Under the pieces are notes generated by a model, which saw only the letters and a list, made by a program, of their open reading frames with translations, searched no databases and was not told where the DNA came from. From Blastocatellia bacterium (GTDB lineage Bacteria > Acidobacteriota > Blastocatellia > UBA7656), in NCBI GenBank assembly GCA_963765495.1, contig CAVXWP010000008.1:288001-352000 (forward strand): 64,000 nucleotides of DNA. Reading direction: 5' to 3'. Positions 30,805-40,526 of this stretch are shown piece by piece (the first letter of the stretch is position 1; each line of letters starts with the position of its first letter). The position numbers and the translations under genes are program-made.

Positions 30805-31301
30805 GTGAAAAGCCCATTTTCCTGATCGGTTTTATGGGAGTCGGCAAGACGACCGTGGGCCGCGTACTTGCCGAGAAGGTCGGATTCCAATTTATAGACC
30901 TGGATGAGATCATAGAAACCCGACAGAAACGCTCCATAAGTGAAATCTTTGCAGAAATGGGCGAAGCAAGATTCAGAGAGATTGAACGCTGCGCCCTGGA
31001 AGATTGCCGCGTATTCACTAGGACAATAATAGCCCTAGGAGGTGGCGCTTTCGTCTCTGAAGAGAATCGCGCGATCATAAGCAGGATTGGGAAATCGGTC
31101 TGGCTTGACTGCTCGCTGGATGTGATACTTGCCAGGATTTCCGGGAGCGATTCGCGCCCCTTGCTCGGAGAGAGAGAGAGCATGAAACTATTACTCGAAA
31201 GCAGACATCCGGCTTATGCGCTGGCGGATTATCGCGTAGAGGCCGAGAACGGCACGCCCGATATTATAGCCGACCAGATAGGAAGAATTCTCAACCTGTA
31301 A
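30801..31301 (+). CDS. aroK: Shikimate kinase
   Basis: GFMGVGKTTVG, DLD, FREIE, LGGGA and RPLL; overlaps the aroA stop. Confidence 0.95.
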   Translation: MSEKPIFLIGFMGVGKTTVGRVLAEKVGFQFIDLDEIIETRQKRSISEIFAEMGEARFREIERCALEDCRVFTRTIIALGGGAFVSEENRAIISRIGKSVWLDCSLDVILARISGSDSRPLLGERESMKLLLESRHPAYALADYRVEAENGTPDIIADQIGRILNL

Positions 31302-31316
31302 AAGACCTGCGCCCGA

Positions 31317-33050
31317 TCATTCCAGCCTTTCCGCATTGCATCCGGGTTGAACCATTATGGTCTTAAATGAAGAGAGTCGAACAAGACCGGGCTTTGCCTT
31401 TGGAGGCTTTGAGACGAATTTCTTCTGAGTATAATGAACCGCAGCCTTAGCTTCCCGCTTCGCCTGCGAATAGAAAGCAGCGATCTCTGCTGCCTCAAGA
31501 ACCGTTTTGTGAGGAACCTCCTGGCGGTTCGGATTGCGTATAACCACGTGTGAGCCGGGATAATCCGCGGCGTGGAGCCAGATGTCCTGGGGCCGCGCTG
31601 AGCGAAATGTGAGGCGATCGTTTTCGCGGTCGTTTCGTCCTACACCGATTTGAAACCCGTCCGAAGAGATAAACCAGCGCCCGGCCTCCCTGCTAATGTT
31701 TGCCTTCTGACCTTTTGCATCGGGCTCTTCTTTCTCTCCTGCCATCCTGAGTCCAAACCTGCGCGCGGCTTCGGTCTTTACACTTTCCACCCGCTCTGCC
31801 GTGGGTTCTTTTTCGAGTCCGATCAACAATGAATTTAACGAGTCAAGACTTTCCACAAGTGAAGACAGACGCGGGGCAATAGCTTCGATAGCTCGCTTTC
31901 CTTTTTGATATCGCGCGAAATATTCATTTGCGGCCTGGGGAAGCGCTACCCCTTCATCTATCTCAATCTCAATCAAGGGTTGAGTCGGGTCGTAATAATC
32001 TATAACCGATGCGGTCCCGGTCGAAACCCTGGCAGTAAACTGATTTGCCAGCAAAAGGTCTCCATATTTTTTCAGTTTCTCAGGGTCGTCGTGTTTTGCA
32101 AGATCGCTTTCAAGACCGCGCTTCCTCGCCTCCAGTTTCTTAATTTTCTCAACCAATCCCCGCTTGAGAATACTATATTTGTCCTGAAATCTCTTAGCCC
32201 GGTCCCTCGTTTGATAATAGGTCTCAGCGGCCTCGGAAAGGGAAGCGAACTCATAGGTTTTCAATCCCCTGGCCTGAATCAACTCTATATGCGAGAGCAT
32301 CAGATCGGACTTTAAATTCATCAATCCCGTTCCAGCCTTCTCGATGGGTAAACGAGAATAGATCAAGGGTTTTGGCGGTCTCTCAAACAGATCGAGCAAC
32401 AAAGACCTGAATGCTGCGACAGGGGCTACGGTTTGTGATCGGGCAACGAACTCCCGTTTCAGCATAGGTCCGAAAGGAGATTGCGCGGTAAAGAACTCTT
32501 CCAGTATCTCTGCCTCTCCCGTTTCGGAGTTCAATCTCTCCACTCTTTCAATCCATACAACGGGATCGAAAGTCAATTCGCCCGTCTCTAATCGGTTTCC
32601 GACCCGAAGCCCTCTTCGATCATTAAATGCAGCGATGATCTGGCCCTGCCGGTCTGCAAGATAGACATTCGATGTTCTGCCGGTAAGCGAGACGACGAGA
32701 AGCCATCTTATCTTCTCTCCGCCCGCATCAAATCTTTCGAACTCGAACCGAACCAGCCGATCAAGCGGATCTTTTGAAACGGACAAGAGCCTTGCCCCGC
32801 CTATCTCCTTTTTGAGTTGAAGTATAAATGCCGTGTTTGTCTGCCGTTTTGGCCCCGATGCATTCTCAACAGAGCGAGAAACGTAGAGCGCCGGACTCGT
32901 AGGGTCGAGCGATATTTTCAAAATCCATCCATCTGGCAGGCGGAAATCGAGCAATACTACCGAGCCGACCTGTGAGATTTTTGTAAGCGCGCGGCCCGTT
33001 ACTTGAGGCTGAATTTCGCCTACCAGAGCCGATAGAAAGAAGTTCTCCAT
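31317..33050 (-). CDS. rqcH: NFACT/FbpA-family ribosome quality control protein RqcH
   Basis: DRLV.F.F, LTGRTSN, coiled coils, VGRNDRENDRLT, WLHAADYPGSHVVI, AAFYS and YTQKKFVSKP. Confidence 0.88.
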   Translation of the reverse strand: MENFFLSALVGEIQPQVTGRALTKISQVGSVVLLDFRLPDGWILKISLDPTSPALYVSRSVENASGPKRQTNTAFILQLKKEIGGARLLSVSKDPLDRLVRFEFERFDAGGEKIRWLLVVSLTGRTSNVYLADRQGQIIAAFNDRRGLRVGNRLETGELTFDPVVWIERVERLNSETGEAEILEEFFTAQSPFGPMLKREFVARSQTVAPVAAFRSLLLDLFERPPKPLIYSRLPIEKAGTGLMNLKSDLMLSHIELIQARGLKTYEFASLSEAAETYYQTRDRAKRFQDKYSILKRGLVEKIKKLEARKRGLESDLAKHDDPEKLKKYGDLLLANQFTARVSTGTASVIDYYDPTQPLIEIEIDEGVALPQAANEYFARYQKGKRAIEAIAPRLSSLVESLDSLNSLLIGLEKEPTAERVESVKTEAARRFGLRMAGEKEEPDAKGQKANISREAGRWFISSDGFQIGVGRNDRENDRLTFRSARPQDIWLHAADYPGSHVVIRNPNRQEVPHKTVLEAAEIAAFYSQAKREAKAAVHYTQKKFVSKPPKAKPGLVRLSSFKTIMVQPGCNAERLE

Positions 33051-33096
33051 ATAAACATCTTAATGGATGGTTGATCTCGGGAAAATGGAGAAAAGT

Positions 33097-33151
33097 TTGC
33101 GGCTTTGCGGTCTGGCTAGAGCCTATTTCTAGCCAGACCGCAAAGCCGCAA
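33097..33151. repeat. Perfect 24-bp inverted repeat built from TTTGCGG/CCGCAAA heptamers (terminator or REP-like)
   Basis: ttgcggctttgcggtctggctaga-gcctatt-tctagccagaccgcaaagccgcaa. Confidence 0.8.
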
Positions 33152-33200
33152 GGTACGCAAAGTTTTCCCCGGGTATAAAGTGGTCTTGCGTTCCGGTCCG

Positions 33201-34616
33201 TCAAAAGTCGCGGGCTACCAGAGTTCCTGAAATATAGTCCTGCCAGGCTCTTCGTTTTCGGTTCCCAACCACCCATAATAATCCCACAAGTGCGGGAGCG
33301 AGGGCGATAAAGAATCCAACGGTTCGAATCAAAGCCTGCGCCGGTCTGATCGACTCGAATGAATCGGCATCCACTATGCGTGTGTTTGTCATCATCATCC
33401 CAAACGTTTTTCCCGTGAGGGATTGCGTGATTGCAAGATAAAAGAAGGATATAAGCAGAACGATAATACCGGCCGAAAGTTGTGTTTCGAGCCTGGAAAA
33501 ATTACCTTCCAGAATAACTATCAACGCCAGGAAAGGGATGCAACTGAGCGCAATTGCCAGAAAATCTATAACGAGTATGAAGAAATGAGCTATGAGAGAA
33601 GGGCATTCATTGTGAGCGAATTCGCCTGCGAGAGTCTTATTGAATTTTCTGAGTTCGGCTTCGAGATAATCCGTGGGCTCGATTTCGTCGATCGGTTCGA
33701 TGCTTCGCGGGGACAGGGTATCTTCGCACAGGTCTTCATATACCGGTTCGTTTACAAGGGGACGGGTGACTTCGACACGAATCGGCTCGTGTGCGTGAGC
33801 GGGAGCGCTGGAAAGCTCGGCCGTTGTGCGCTCAACAACTGTCGTAAGGGGCTGAGTGTTCATGCTTGCTCTAGGGGTTGTCTTAGGGCTTGCCTCGGGG
33901 CTCGTTTTCGGGCCTGCGTTAGAACTTGCCGTAGAATTTGATTGCACTCTTGTTTGCGGATTTGTTCTGGTGTCTGGCCTGATGTCATCATCAGGATCAA
34001 GCGCCCTTGCGGTAGCCTCCCTGTCGATTGCCATAGCGCCTGTGGTCGGTTGCTGAATCGGGCGAGCGGGTTCGATCTTTGGAAGAGCAGCGCGATTTGC
34101 CTGCTCACTTGCTCGGCGCGCGCGAGCGATTGCGGCCTCCCTCACCTGACTGCTTGGTCTGACCGGCATTCGAATATTTGACGACCGCGAAGTCGGTTCG
34201 GCATTTTCTAAAACCTCATCCTCAATGGGCTCGGTGATTCGAGCGGGCCCTGGCGTAGCGGCTTTTCTTTGCGCCACGGTCGTCGCTGAGCGGTGAGGAG
34301 CATGTAAATCCTCATCGTCGAAATCGGGCGCAAGTTTTGGATGATCAAGGACCGATGTTTGAGCGACCGTTTCCGAGATGACTTCGGTCCCGTTGCGCCG
34401 AGCCTGAATCTGGCGAACCTTTTCGCTGAGTTCGGCGCGCCAGGCAGGCATGGAATTTTCTTTTGGTTCCCGCTCCGTGATGGGTCGCGTTTTTCGGGGA
34501 AATTCGATTAGTCGAGATGATGATGACCGTTGGCCTCGTCGGGGCGTTAATTGTCCGCATCGAGTGCAACGTGTTATGGTGCTAGGGTAATCGTGACCAC
34601 ACCCTTGACATTTCAT
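33201..34616 (-). CDS. Zinc ribbon, long disordered region and RDD-family membrane protein
   Basis: CQGC...CTRC at the N-terminus; C-terminal RDD motifs (ID, GKTFG, ALIR, WQDYISGT). Confidence 0.85.
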   Translation of the reverse strand: MKCQGCGHDYPSTITRCTRCGQLTPRRGQRSSSSRLIEFPRKTRPITEREPKENSMPAWRAELSEKVRQIQARRNGTEVISETVAQTSVLDHPKLAPDFDDEDLHAPHRSATTVAQRKAATPGPARITEPIEDEVLENAEPTSRSSNIRMPVRPSSQVREAAIARARRASEQANRAALPKIEPARPIQQPTTGAMAIDREATARALDPDDDIRPDTRTNPQTRVQSNSTASSNAGPKTSPEASPKTTPRASMNTQPLTTVVERTTAELSSAPAHAHEPIRVEVTRPLVNEPVYEDLCEDTLSPRSIEPIDEIEPTDYLEAELRKFNKTLAGEFAHNECPSLIAHFFILVIDFLAIALSCIPFLALIVILEGNFSRLETQLSAGIIVLLISFFYLAITQSLTGKTFGMMMTNTRIVDADSFESIRPAQALIRTVGFFIALAPALVGLLWVVGNRKRRAWQDYISGTLVARDF

Positions 34617-34664
34617 GATCGGTGTACCTCAAGTGTGCGGGGGCATCCTGGTGATACGCGCCGG

Positions 34665-34694
34665 ATAGTACCAAAAAGCTAAACCTCAGGTCAA
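34665..34694 (-). promoter_or_regulatory. Sigma70-type promoter for the RDD gene
   Basis: TTGACC-N18-TACTAT on the minus strand. Confidence 0.5.
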
Positions 34695-34710
34695 CCCAAA
34701 TGTTGCCTTT

Positions 34711-34840
34711 CTTGACTTTCCGTTGCTTGTCGTCTGAGAGGGCCAGACGGGTTTACGATAGCCTTAATCACTGCGGGAACTTTAAGGCCGCAATCAAGGT
34801 CCACGCTCTCATAGTGACGGCTAAAGTAGAATGAGTCAAG
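34711..34840. ncRNA. Candidate structured intergenic RNA or element (long interrupted hairpin), family unassigned
   Basis: Nested arms CTTGACT/AGTCAAG, GTCGTC/GACGGC, TGAGAG/CTCTCA and GCCTTAA/TTAAGGC; also a minus-strand TTGACT-N17-CACTAT. Confidence 0.35.
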
Positions 34841-34877
34841 TTAAGGAGCGTTATCTTTAGAAGAAAATTTGAAAGAT

Positions 34878-34910
34878 AAGAGGCAGCGGAGGTACGCCCC
34901 GATGCCTCTT
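34878..34910 (-). terminator. Probable terminator of the tol-pal-cpoB operon
   Basis: aagaggca...tgcctctt stem followed by a U-rich tract on the minus strand. Confidence 0.6.
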
Positions 34911-34924
34911 AAACTATTGAAAAC

Positions 34925-35713
34925 TCATTGTCCAAGCTGTTGACGGGCAAGCGCGGCTTCGTTGCTTCTCGGAAAGAGTTTTATGACGGCCTGAAATTCG
35001 GCTCGCGCCGATTCCGAATCGCCAAGCTCTTGCAGCGCCATAGCCTTCTTGAATCTCGCGCCCGGTATCTTGTCACCTTTTGGGAAGAGTGTAGAAACCT
35101 TGTCGAATTCAGCGATGGCCTGTTCATACTGATGTTTCCCGAATAAGGCTTCGCCAATCCAATACTGGGCATTATCGGCCATCTCGCTTGTGGGGTATGT
35201 CTCTACGTATTGTCGGAACTCGCTTATAGCCAGATCATAATTGCCTCGGCTGTAATCGGCATAGGCGGCAGCAAAGAGTTGATCGGGGTTGCCGGGCGTT
35301 ATCTGAGTGAAGGCAGGCAACTTTGGCATATCCTCGACCAGCTTCTTGAGTTCGGCAATCTGCTCAGAAAGCCGGTCAATCCTTTGATTGGTAGCAGAGA
35401 GTCGTTCGCCTACGCCGTTCACCTCCTTGATGGCGCTCAGAGAGCCCTCCGAGACTCTGCCCTGCGCCTGGCGTATCGCAGAAACGTTATCAATTATCTG
35501 ATTGATCAGGGCATTAATCTGACCGCTATTGCGATCAAGTGATTCCTGCATGTCCCTAAGCTGTCGCTGAAGGATGACGATTTCATTCTTCATCTCGTCG
35601 AGCGCCAGCTTTACCTGCTTGTCATCGAAGTTCCCGCCGCTTGCTTTGGGTGCGCTCATTCCGAGAGAGAACACGAAAGCGAGCGCAATCAGTATCATTA
35701 GTTTTGATCGCAT
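34925..35713 (-). CDS. cpoB: Tol-Pal system protein CpoB/YbgF
   Basis: Signal peptide, coiled coil and TPRs (ADNAQYWIGE, GDKIPGARFK); lies after pal. Confidence 0.92.
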   Translation of the reverse strand: MRSKLMILIALAFVFSLGMSAPKASGGNFDDKQVKLALDEMKNEIVILQRQLRDMQESLDRNSGQINALINQIIDNVSAIRQAQGRVSEGSLSAIKEVNGVGERLSATNQRIDRLSEQIAELKKLVEDMPKLPAFTQITPGNPDQLFAAAYADYSRGNYDLAISEFRQYVETYPTSEMADNAQYWIGEALFGKHQYEQAIAEFDKVSTLFPKGDKIPGARFKKAMALQELGDSESARAEFQAVIKLFPRSNEAALARQQLGQ

Positions 35714-35782
35714 AATCTGCTCCTGTAAATATCGGCCTGAAGCGAGCAGGATGCTCAATCGACCCTGCTCGCCAAAACCGGC

Positions 35783-36805
35783 TTACTGCCCGTTGCCCGC
35801 CTTCAACTCCATCGTCAAGGTGACGGGTTCCGGGCTGCGGGGTGTCCCGCCCGATACGTATATGAAATCATCCCGTCTGTCGTGTGCCCACGAAGGCACG
35901 ACCGAAGGCGCGCCTTCGCTTCCGCCGCTCGCCCTCTCTTCGCCGTAGCTCACCGTCTGGATACGAGATGAGTCAACGCCGAGCGATGCAAGAAACTCGC
36001 GCGCCGCCTGGGCACGCCGCTCGCCCAGACCGATATTATACTCTTCGGTTCCGCGCGGGTCGCAATTGCCTTCTATGCGAAAGGTAATTGAACGGTTGGG
36101 AACATCGGTCAGCCAGGAGGCTGCACGCCGGAGCATATCTTTTCCATCCGGTCTTATTTCGGCGCTGTCATAATCGAAATAGACAGGCAGCACGTTTTGA
36201 GAGAACAAAGCGGCAATCGTGGGGTTCGTGTTCGAAGTGGTCGTGCGCGGTCTTGAATCATCGGGCGGCTCGTTTACCGTTATGCGAGTGGATGCGGAAT
36301 CGCTTCCGCCCGGCCCCGTTGCGGTCGCGGTGTAGGTAGTCGATTGCGATGGGCTGATCACGCGCGAGCCTGATCCTTGAACTGTGCCAAGTTCGGAAAT
36401 ATTTACCTGATCGGCATTTGTCGAACTCCATCTGAGCGTGGTGCTCTGACCGCGTTCGATGCCGCTTTGGTCTGCCGAGATCGAAATTGTCGGGGCCGCG
36501 GGTTTTGGAGTGACGGCGACCACGCGGCTGTCGCGGGCCTCTTTGCTGCCTCGTTTGGCAACCGCCGTATATGTGGTCGTGTTGTCGGGCGTGTAAACCT
36601 TAGAACCGACCTTGTCCACCTTCTCACCGTTGAGGACGACTTCCTTGGCATCTTTTGAGACCCAGCTTACTCTGACATCTTCACCCTGCTGGATCCGGTT
36701 TTGTGAGACTTCAAGAGTAACCTTGGGTTTCTTACACCCGGCTACACCTACGAGCAACCCTGCAACAAAGATGATCGCAAATAATCGAGAAAACCTGGTT
36801 GCCAT
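35783..36805 (-). CDS. pal: Peptidoglycan-associated lipoprotein Pal with two N-terminal Ig-like repeats
   Basis: Lipobox VAGC; OmpA-like VYFDYDS, IEGNCDPRGTEEYNIGLGERRA, VSYGEE and RR; located between tolB and cpoB. Confidence 0.9.
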   Translation of the reverse strand: MATRFSRLFAIIFVAGLLVGVAGCKKPKVTLEVSQNRIQQGEDVRVSWVSKDAKEVVLNGEKVDKVGSKVYTPDNTTTYTAVAKRGSKEARDSRVVAVTPKPAAPTISISADQSGIERGQSTTLRWSSTNADQVNISELGTVQGSGSRVISPSQSTTYTATATGPGGSDSASTRITVNEPPDDSRPRTTTSNTNPTIAALFSQNVLPVYFDYDSAEIRPDGKDMLRRAASWLTDVPNRSITFRIEGNCDPRGTEEYNIGLGERRAQAAREFLASLGVDSSRIQTVSYGEERASGGSEGAPSVVPSWAHDRRDDFIYVSGGTPRSPEPVTLTMELKAGNGQ

Positions 36806-36877
36806 CACTATTCTCCTTTCTTCCGCCCGGCCCGTGGTTGTGAGGTCGTGGCCGAGTCTTTATCTGATTGAATGATG

Positions 36878-36957
36878 ATGCGCGATGAGTGATATGTGAT
36901 TCGTGAGGCAGGTTGGGGTCCCGTATCACGAATCGCGTATCACTCATCACGTATCAC
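36878..36957. repeat. GTGAT/ATCAC heptamer-type intergenic palindrome
   Basis: gatgagtgatatgtgattcgtga ... tcacgaatcgcgtatcactcatc. Confidence 0.65.
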
Positions 36958-36960
36958 TTT

Positions 36961-38268
36961 TCATTTTGCCCATGTCGGCGAACGTCCGCCGCCTTTTGAA
37001 ATCTGGCGCTGGCCCGTCCCGTCAATATGCATCTGCCATATTTCCCACCTTCCCGACCGATTCGATTGAAATGCCAGGTGTCGTCCGTCGGGCGACCACG
37101 TAGGACTCTCATTTCGTCCCTGTGAGGTCACTTGGAGCAGCTGGCCCGATGCAACGTCTGCGATAAAAATCTGAAAGCTTCCCGCGCCTCCGTAGGTGAA
37201 GGCGATGTAGCGGCCGTCGGGTGACCAGGATGGTGAATCGGCGTGGCCGCCTCGCGAAATCAGGGGGCGTTGATTTGCGCCGCTCGCATCCATCACATAA
37301 ACCTGCGGCGACCCGCTTCTGTCAGAGATAAAGGCTATTTCGCGGCCCGTGCGGGGGTTCCATCTCGGAGAGATGTTGACAGCCTTTCTTGTCTGGGTCA
37401 GCCGGCGCGGGTTTGACCCGTCGAGGCCGGAAACGTATATCTCCATCGACCCGTCGTTGCTGATGCCGGAGCTGAAGGCGATCTGCCCGTTTGGAGAGAT
37501 CGAAGGCGACGATGTTGTGGAATTGTAGTGCGTGCCCCCGACAAGGCCCCCGGAAGAGTTTCTAACCACGATATTTGCCACGCCCGATTTGAAACTCACA
37601 TAAGCCAGGTATCTTCCGTCGGGCGAAAACTGCGGGAATCTGACTATCGGGCCGTCGCTTGCGAAGCCTCTATGATTGAACCCGTCATAGTCCATCATGT
37701 TTATCGAATCGCCCGCGACATAGGCGATCTTTGAAGTTGCTATGCCGTCCCTTCCTGTGAGGAGTTTGACGATCTCGTCGGCAAATTCGTGAGCCATCAT
37801 TCTTGCATCGCCCGTGTGGCGAGTGGCAATGAGTTGTTGTTTTGTCTTTACATCGAAGAGGTATGTGTCTGCGGCAAGCCCGCCCAGATTCTGAATATTG
37901 CCGAATGCGACATAATCGGCCTTTGTCGGGTCGGCGCTCCATTCTTCGAAATTTAGGCTCGCCGGGTCAGGCACAAGGGTCTTTGGGTTGAGACTCTTGC
38001 CGACTATCCCGGTCACGGCGGCGAAATCGAGATCATCCTTCAGTACCTGATTAAAGGTAGCCACAGCCGCTTCTACGCCCGCCGTTCGGGCTACGAAGTC
38101 GGCGAGGGCAAGATTTGGACCGTTGCCGGGAGTGACGATGATAGTGCCTATCTGGGAACGCAAGTCCTGGCGGTCGGAGGCAGGCTCCTGTTGCGCAAGG
38201 CTTGTGTGTGGCCAGTTAAAGACAAAAAACAGGGCAGTAGAGATCAATATAGACTTACAAATTCTCAT
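36961..38268 (-). CDS. tolB: Tol-Pal beta-propeller protein TolB
   Basis: TolB N-domain (DDLDF, AHEFADEI, GIATSKIAYV) and PD40 blades (WSPDGR). Confidence 0.93.
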   Translation of the reverse strand: MRICKSILISTALFFVFNWPHTSLAQQEPASDRQDLRSQIGTIIVTPGNGPNLALADFVARTAGVEAAVATFNQVLKDDLDFAAVTGIVGKSLNPKTLVPDPASLNFEEWSADPTKADYVAFGNIQNLGGLAADTYLFDVKTKQQLIATRHTGDARMMAHEFADEIVKLLTGRDGIATSKIAYVAGDSINMMDYDGFNHRGFASDGPIVRFPQFSPDGRYLAYVSFKSGVANIVVRNSSGGLVGGTHYNSTTSSPSISPNGQIAFSSGISNDGSMEIYVSGLDGSNPRRLTQTRKAVNISPRWNPRTGREIAFISDRSGSPQVYVMDASGANQRPLISRGGHADSPSWSPDGRYIAFTYGGAGSFQIFIADVASGQLLQVTSQGRNESPTWSPDGRHLAFQSNRSGRWEIWQMHIDGTGQRQISKGGGRSPTWAK

Positions 38269-38381
38269 AATTTAATAACCGCTTCTTCCCGTCCATATTC
38301 TGGTCAGATCGTAATACCAGAAGAGAGGACTCGGAGAGATACCTGAGTGTGTTTATAAACGGCCTGCAATCGGAGCCTGAA

Positions 38382-39245
38382 TCATTTCGGATAACGAAAC
38401 CAGACCTCAGCCACGGCTTCCTGTACGCCGGATAGAAACCCTGCCGGAAAAGGGGGCAGGGGATCAGATGCTATCACAGCCCGCTCGGCGGCGTTATTGA
38501 CAAGGGCAAGCGGGCTCCTCTGTTTGAAGTATGCAGGCGAGACCCGCCCGCCGGAAACCGAAAGAATCTTTCCATCCCTCGCGATTCGAAGCAGAATCTT
38601 AACATACTGGACCGAGTCCGAATCCGCGCCGGGCGGGTTATAGTTCCTCCCAAGTATGCTTTGAATTCTCCGTCCGTATTCTGAGCCGCCGGGCAAACCC
38701 GTGCCCGCCCCAAATCCGCCGCCTGTGCCCAGTCCTACACCGCCTGTCATTGTCGGAGTGGGGCTTCCGTAACTGCGCCCAACCTGCGCGGTCGGCGCAG
38801 CGGAACGGCCACGTTCCTCCTTGCCCGTAAATGCCTTCTCCTGTTGATTCACGACAGGGCGGTTGGTCTTTACGGCATCCTTATTTGGATCTTCCCTGTC
38901 GGTCCTTGGTAAGACCTCATCGGGGTTTTCGGTTGCGGGCCGCTCGGTTTCAAGTCTCGCATTGTTTACCGGGTTGTCCTCATCACCGACATATGAGACA
39001 GGCTGAGGTTTTGCAAACCCCAGGATGGCCGACGGGTCGGCTACCCCCACTTCTATAGAACCTCCGCCGCCTTCGCCGCCTTCGCCCGGCCCTGCGGCTA
39101 CTATTTCGGATGAGTATGTGCTTTTAGCCCACACGATCAGCAGAAGCAAAACAATCAGGTGGAGTGAAAACGACAGGGCAAGACCCAGGCGAGGCGACTT
39201 CTTCTCGCCAGCAGATTGGGCCTGAAATGTGCCCCCTTCAATCAT
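38382..39245 (-). CDS. tolA: TolA/TonB-like energy transducer
   Basis: TM helix with SxxxH (SFSLH), a Gly-rich linker and a TonB_C-like end (IARDG, AAERAV, PLPPFP); operon position. Confidence 0.78.
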   Translation of the reverse strand: MIEGGTFQAQSAGEKKSPRLGLALSFSLHLIVLLLLIVWAKSTYSSEIVAAGPGEGGEGGGGSIEVGVADPSAILGFAKPQPVSYVGDEDNPVNNARLETERPATENPDEVLPRTDREDPNKDAVKTNRPVVNQQEKAFTGKEERGRSAAPTAQVGRSYGSPTPTMTGGVGLGTGGGFGAGTGLPGGSEYGRRIQSILGRNYNPPGADSDSVQYVKILLRIARDGKILSVSGGRVSPAYFKQRSPLALVNNAAERAVIASDPLPPFPAGFLSGVQEAVAEVWFRYPK

Positions 39246-39676
39246 TTCTTTTTCACCGTAGGCTCGGTGACGAGATTAACCTCGGCCCCGGCCTGCTTCG
39301 CAAGATCGAGGACATAGGCGATTATTCGATACGGGGTCTCGCCGTCGCCCCGCACATAGACCTTTCTCTCGCCCGATTGACCGAGTTTTTCAGAGATCAG
39401 CCCCGGAAGGTCGTTTATATTTACCGGAGTCGCTTCTCGTTGCGTGCTGAGATAGATGTTGCCGTCTTTGTCTATGCTTATGACAATGGCTTTTGGAGTT
39501 TGATTTTCAGTACGGGTTTCGCGTGTCTTTGGCAGGGAGACTTCGATGCCTGTCTGGAGTATCGGAGCCGTAACCATGAAGATAACCAGCAGCACAAGCA
39601 TAACGTCCACCATCGGGGTGACATTGATTTCGGAAAGCGAGGTCTGCGTTCGGCCCTGGTTATTTGTGAAAGCCAT
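39242..39676 (-). CDS. tolR: TolR/ExbD
   Basis: EINVTPMVDVMLVLLVIFMVTAP and VRGD. Confidence 0.93.
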   Translation of the reverse strand: MAFTNNQGRTQTSLSEINVTPMVDVMLVLLVIFMVTAPILQTGIEVSLPKTRETRTENQTPKAIVISIDKDGNIYLSTQREATPVNINDLPGLISEKLGQSGERKVYVRGDGETPYRIIAYVLDLAKQAGAEVNLVTEPTVKKK

Positions 39677-39739
39677 ATCCGATTATCTCATATCTCGAAT
39701 CTCAGTAATCAATCTGAGGATTGAGATTACGAAACCGCT

Positions 39740-40459
39740 CTAAAGGTTTGCCTTTATATAGTTGCGTTCGACAAAATTCAGCAATTCGAGTGAAAAACGG
39801 TCGAGGTCTCCGGTCATCGCCTTGATCCGGCTCAGAAAATGATTGTAAAAGATGGCCGCAGGCACAGCCGCCGCGATGCCTGCGGCGGTTGCTACGAGTG
39901 CCTCGGCAATACCGGGTGCCACTGCCTGAATAGATGAGGCCGAAGCGGTCGTCAGCCCTTCGAAGGCGATGACGATGCCGACCACGGTTCCGAAAAGACC
40001 TATAAAGGGCGAGGCGTTTGCAGTAGTCGCAAGCCAGGTCATGCTATGTTCCATCTGAGTTATTTCGGCGATAGTGGCCGATTGCAGCACACGGCTTAAC
40101 GAATCAATGCTGCGGATACCCGTCCCGCCGTCCCCCATCTGGTTTGTGATCTCGTTGTAGCCCGCCATAAAGATCCGCGCAAGAGGACTCTCCTTTATGG
40201 ATTGTGAATCCATAAACACGTCAGACAGCTTTGAGCGCGCCCGAAAACTCGAGAGAAATTCCCGCGTTGCGCGCTCTGCTTTCCTGAGCGATACCCATTT
40301 GCTGAAGATGATCGCCCACGAAATTATCGAGAACAGAAGCAACAGTAGTAGCACCCCCTTGGCGATTGGACTCGCTCTCAAGAGCAAATCAATGAGCGTG
40401 CTGCTTTGTGTTTCTGTGGTCTGAATAAATGAAAGAGCGAAAAAGAAACCTATCGTCAA
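39740..40459 (-). CDS. tolQ: TolQ/ExbB proton channel
   Basis: LATTANASPFIGLFGTV and VAPGIAEALVATAAG. Confidence 0.93.
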   Translation of the reverse strand: MTIGFFFALSFIQTTETQSSTLIDLLLRASPIAKGVLLLLLLFSIISWAIIFSKWVSLRKAERATREFLSSFRARSKLSDVFMDSQSIKESPLARIFMAGYNEITNQMGDGGTGIRSIDSLSRVLQSATIAEITQMEHSMTWLATTANASPFIGLFGTVVGIVIAFEGLTTASASSIQAVAPGIAEALVATAAGIAAAVPAAIFYNHFLSRIKAMTGDLDRFSLELLNFVERNYIKANL

Positions 40460-40526
40460 TATGAGTTCTCCTTGACCATTTACACGAGATCAATTTTAGA
40501 ACGGCCCCATTTAAGGTGTCAAACAA

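Noticed and set aside
34730-34815. tRNA (tRNA-Lys often follows cpoB) or tRNA-Sec
   Set aside because: No TTC-containing T-loop, no consistent cloverleaf and no UCA anticodon arm on either strand.
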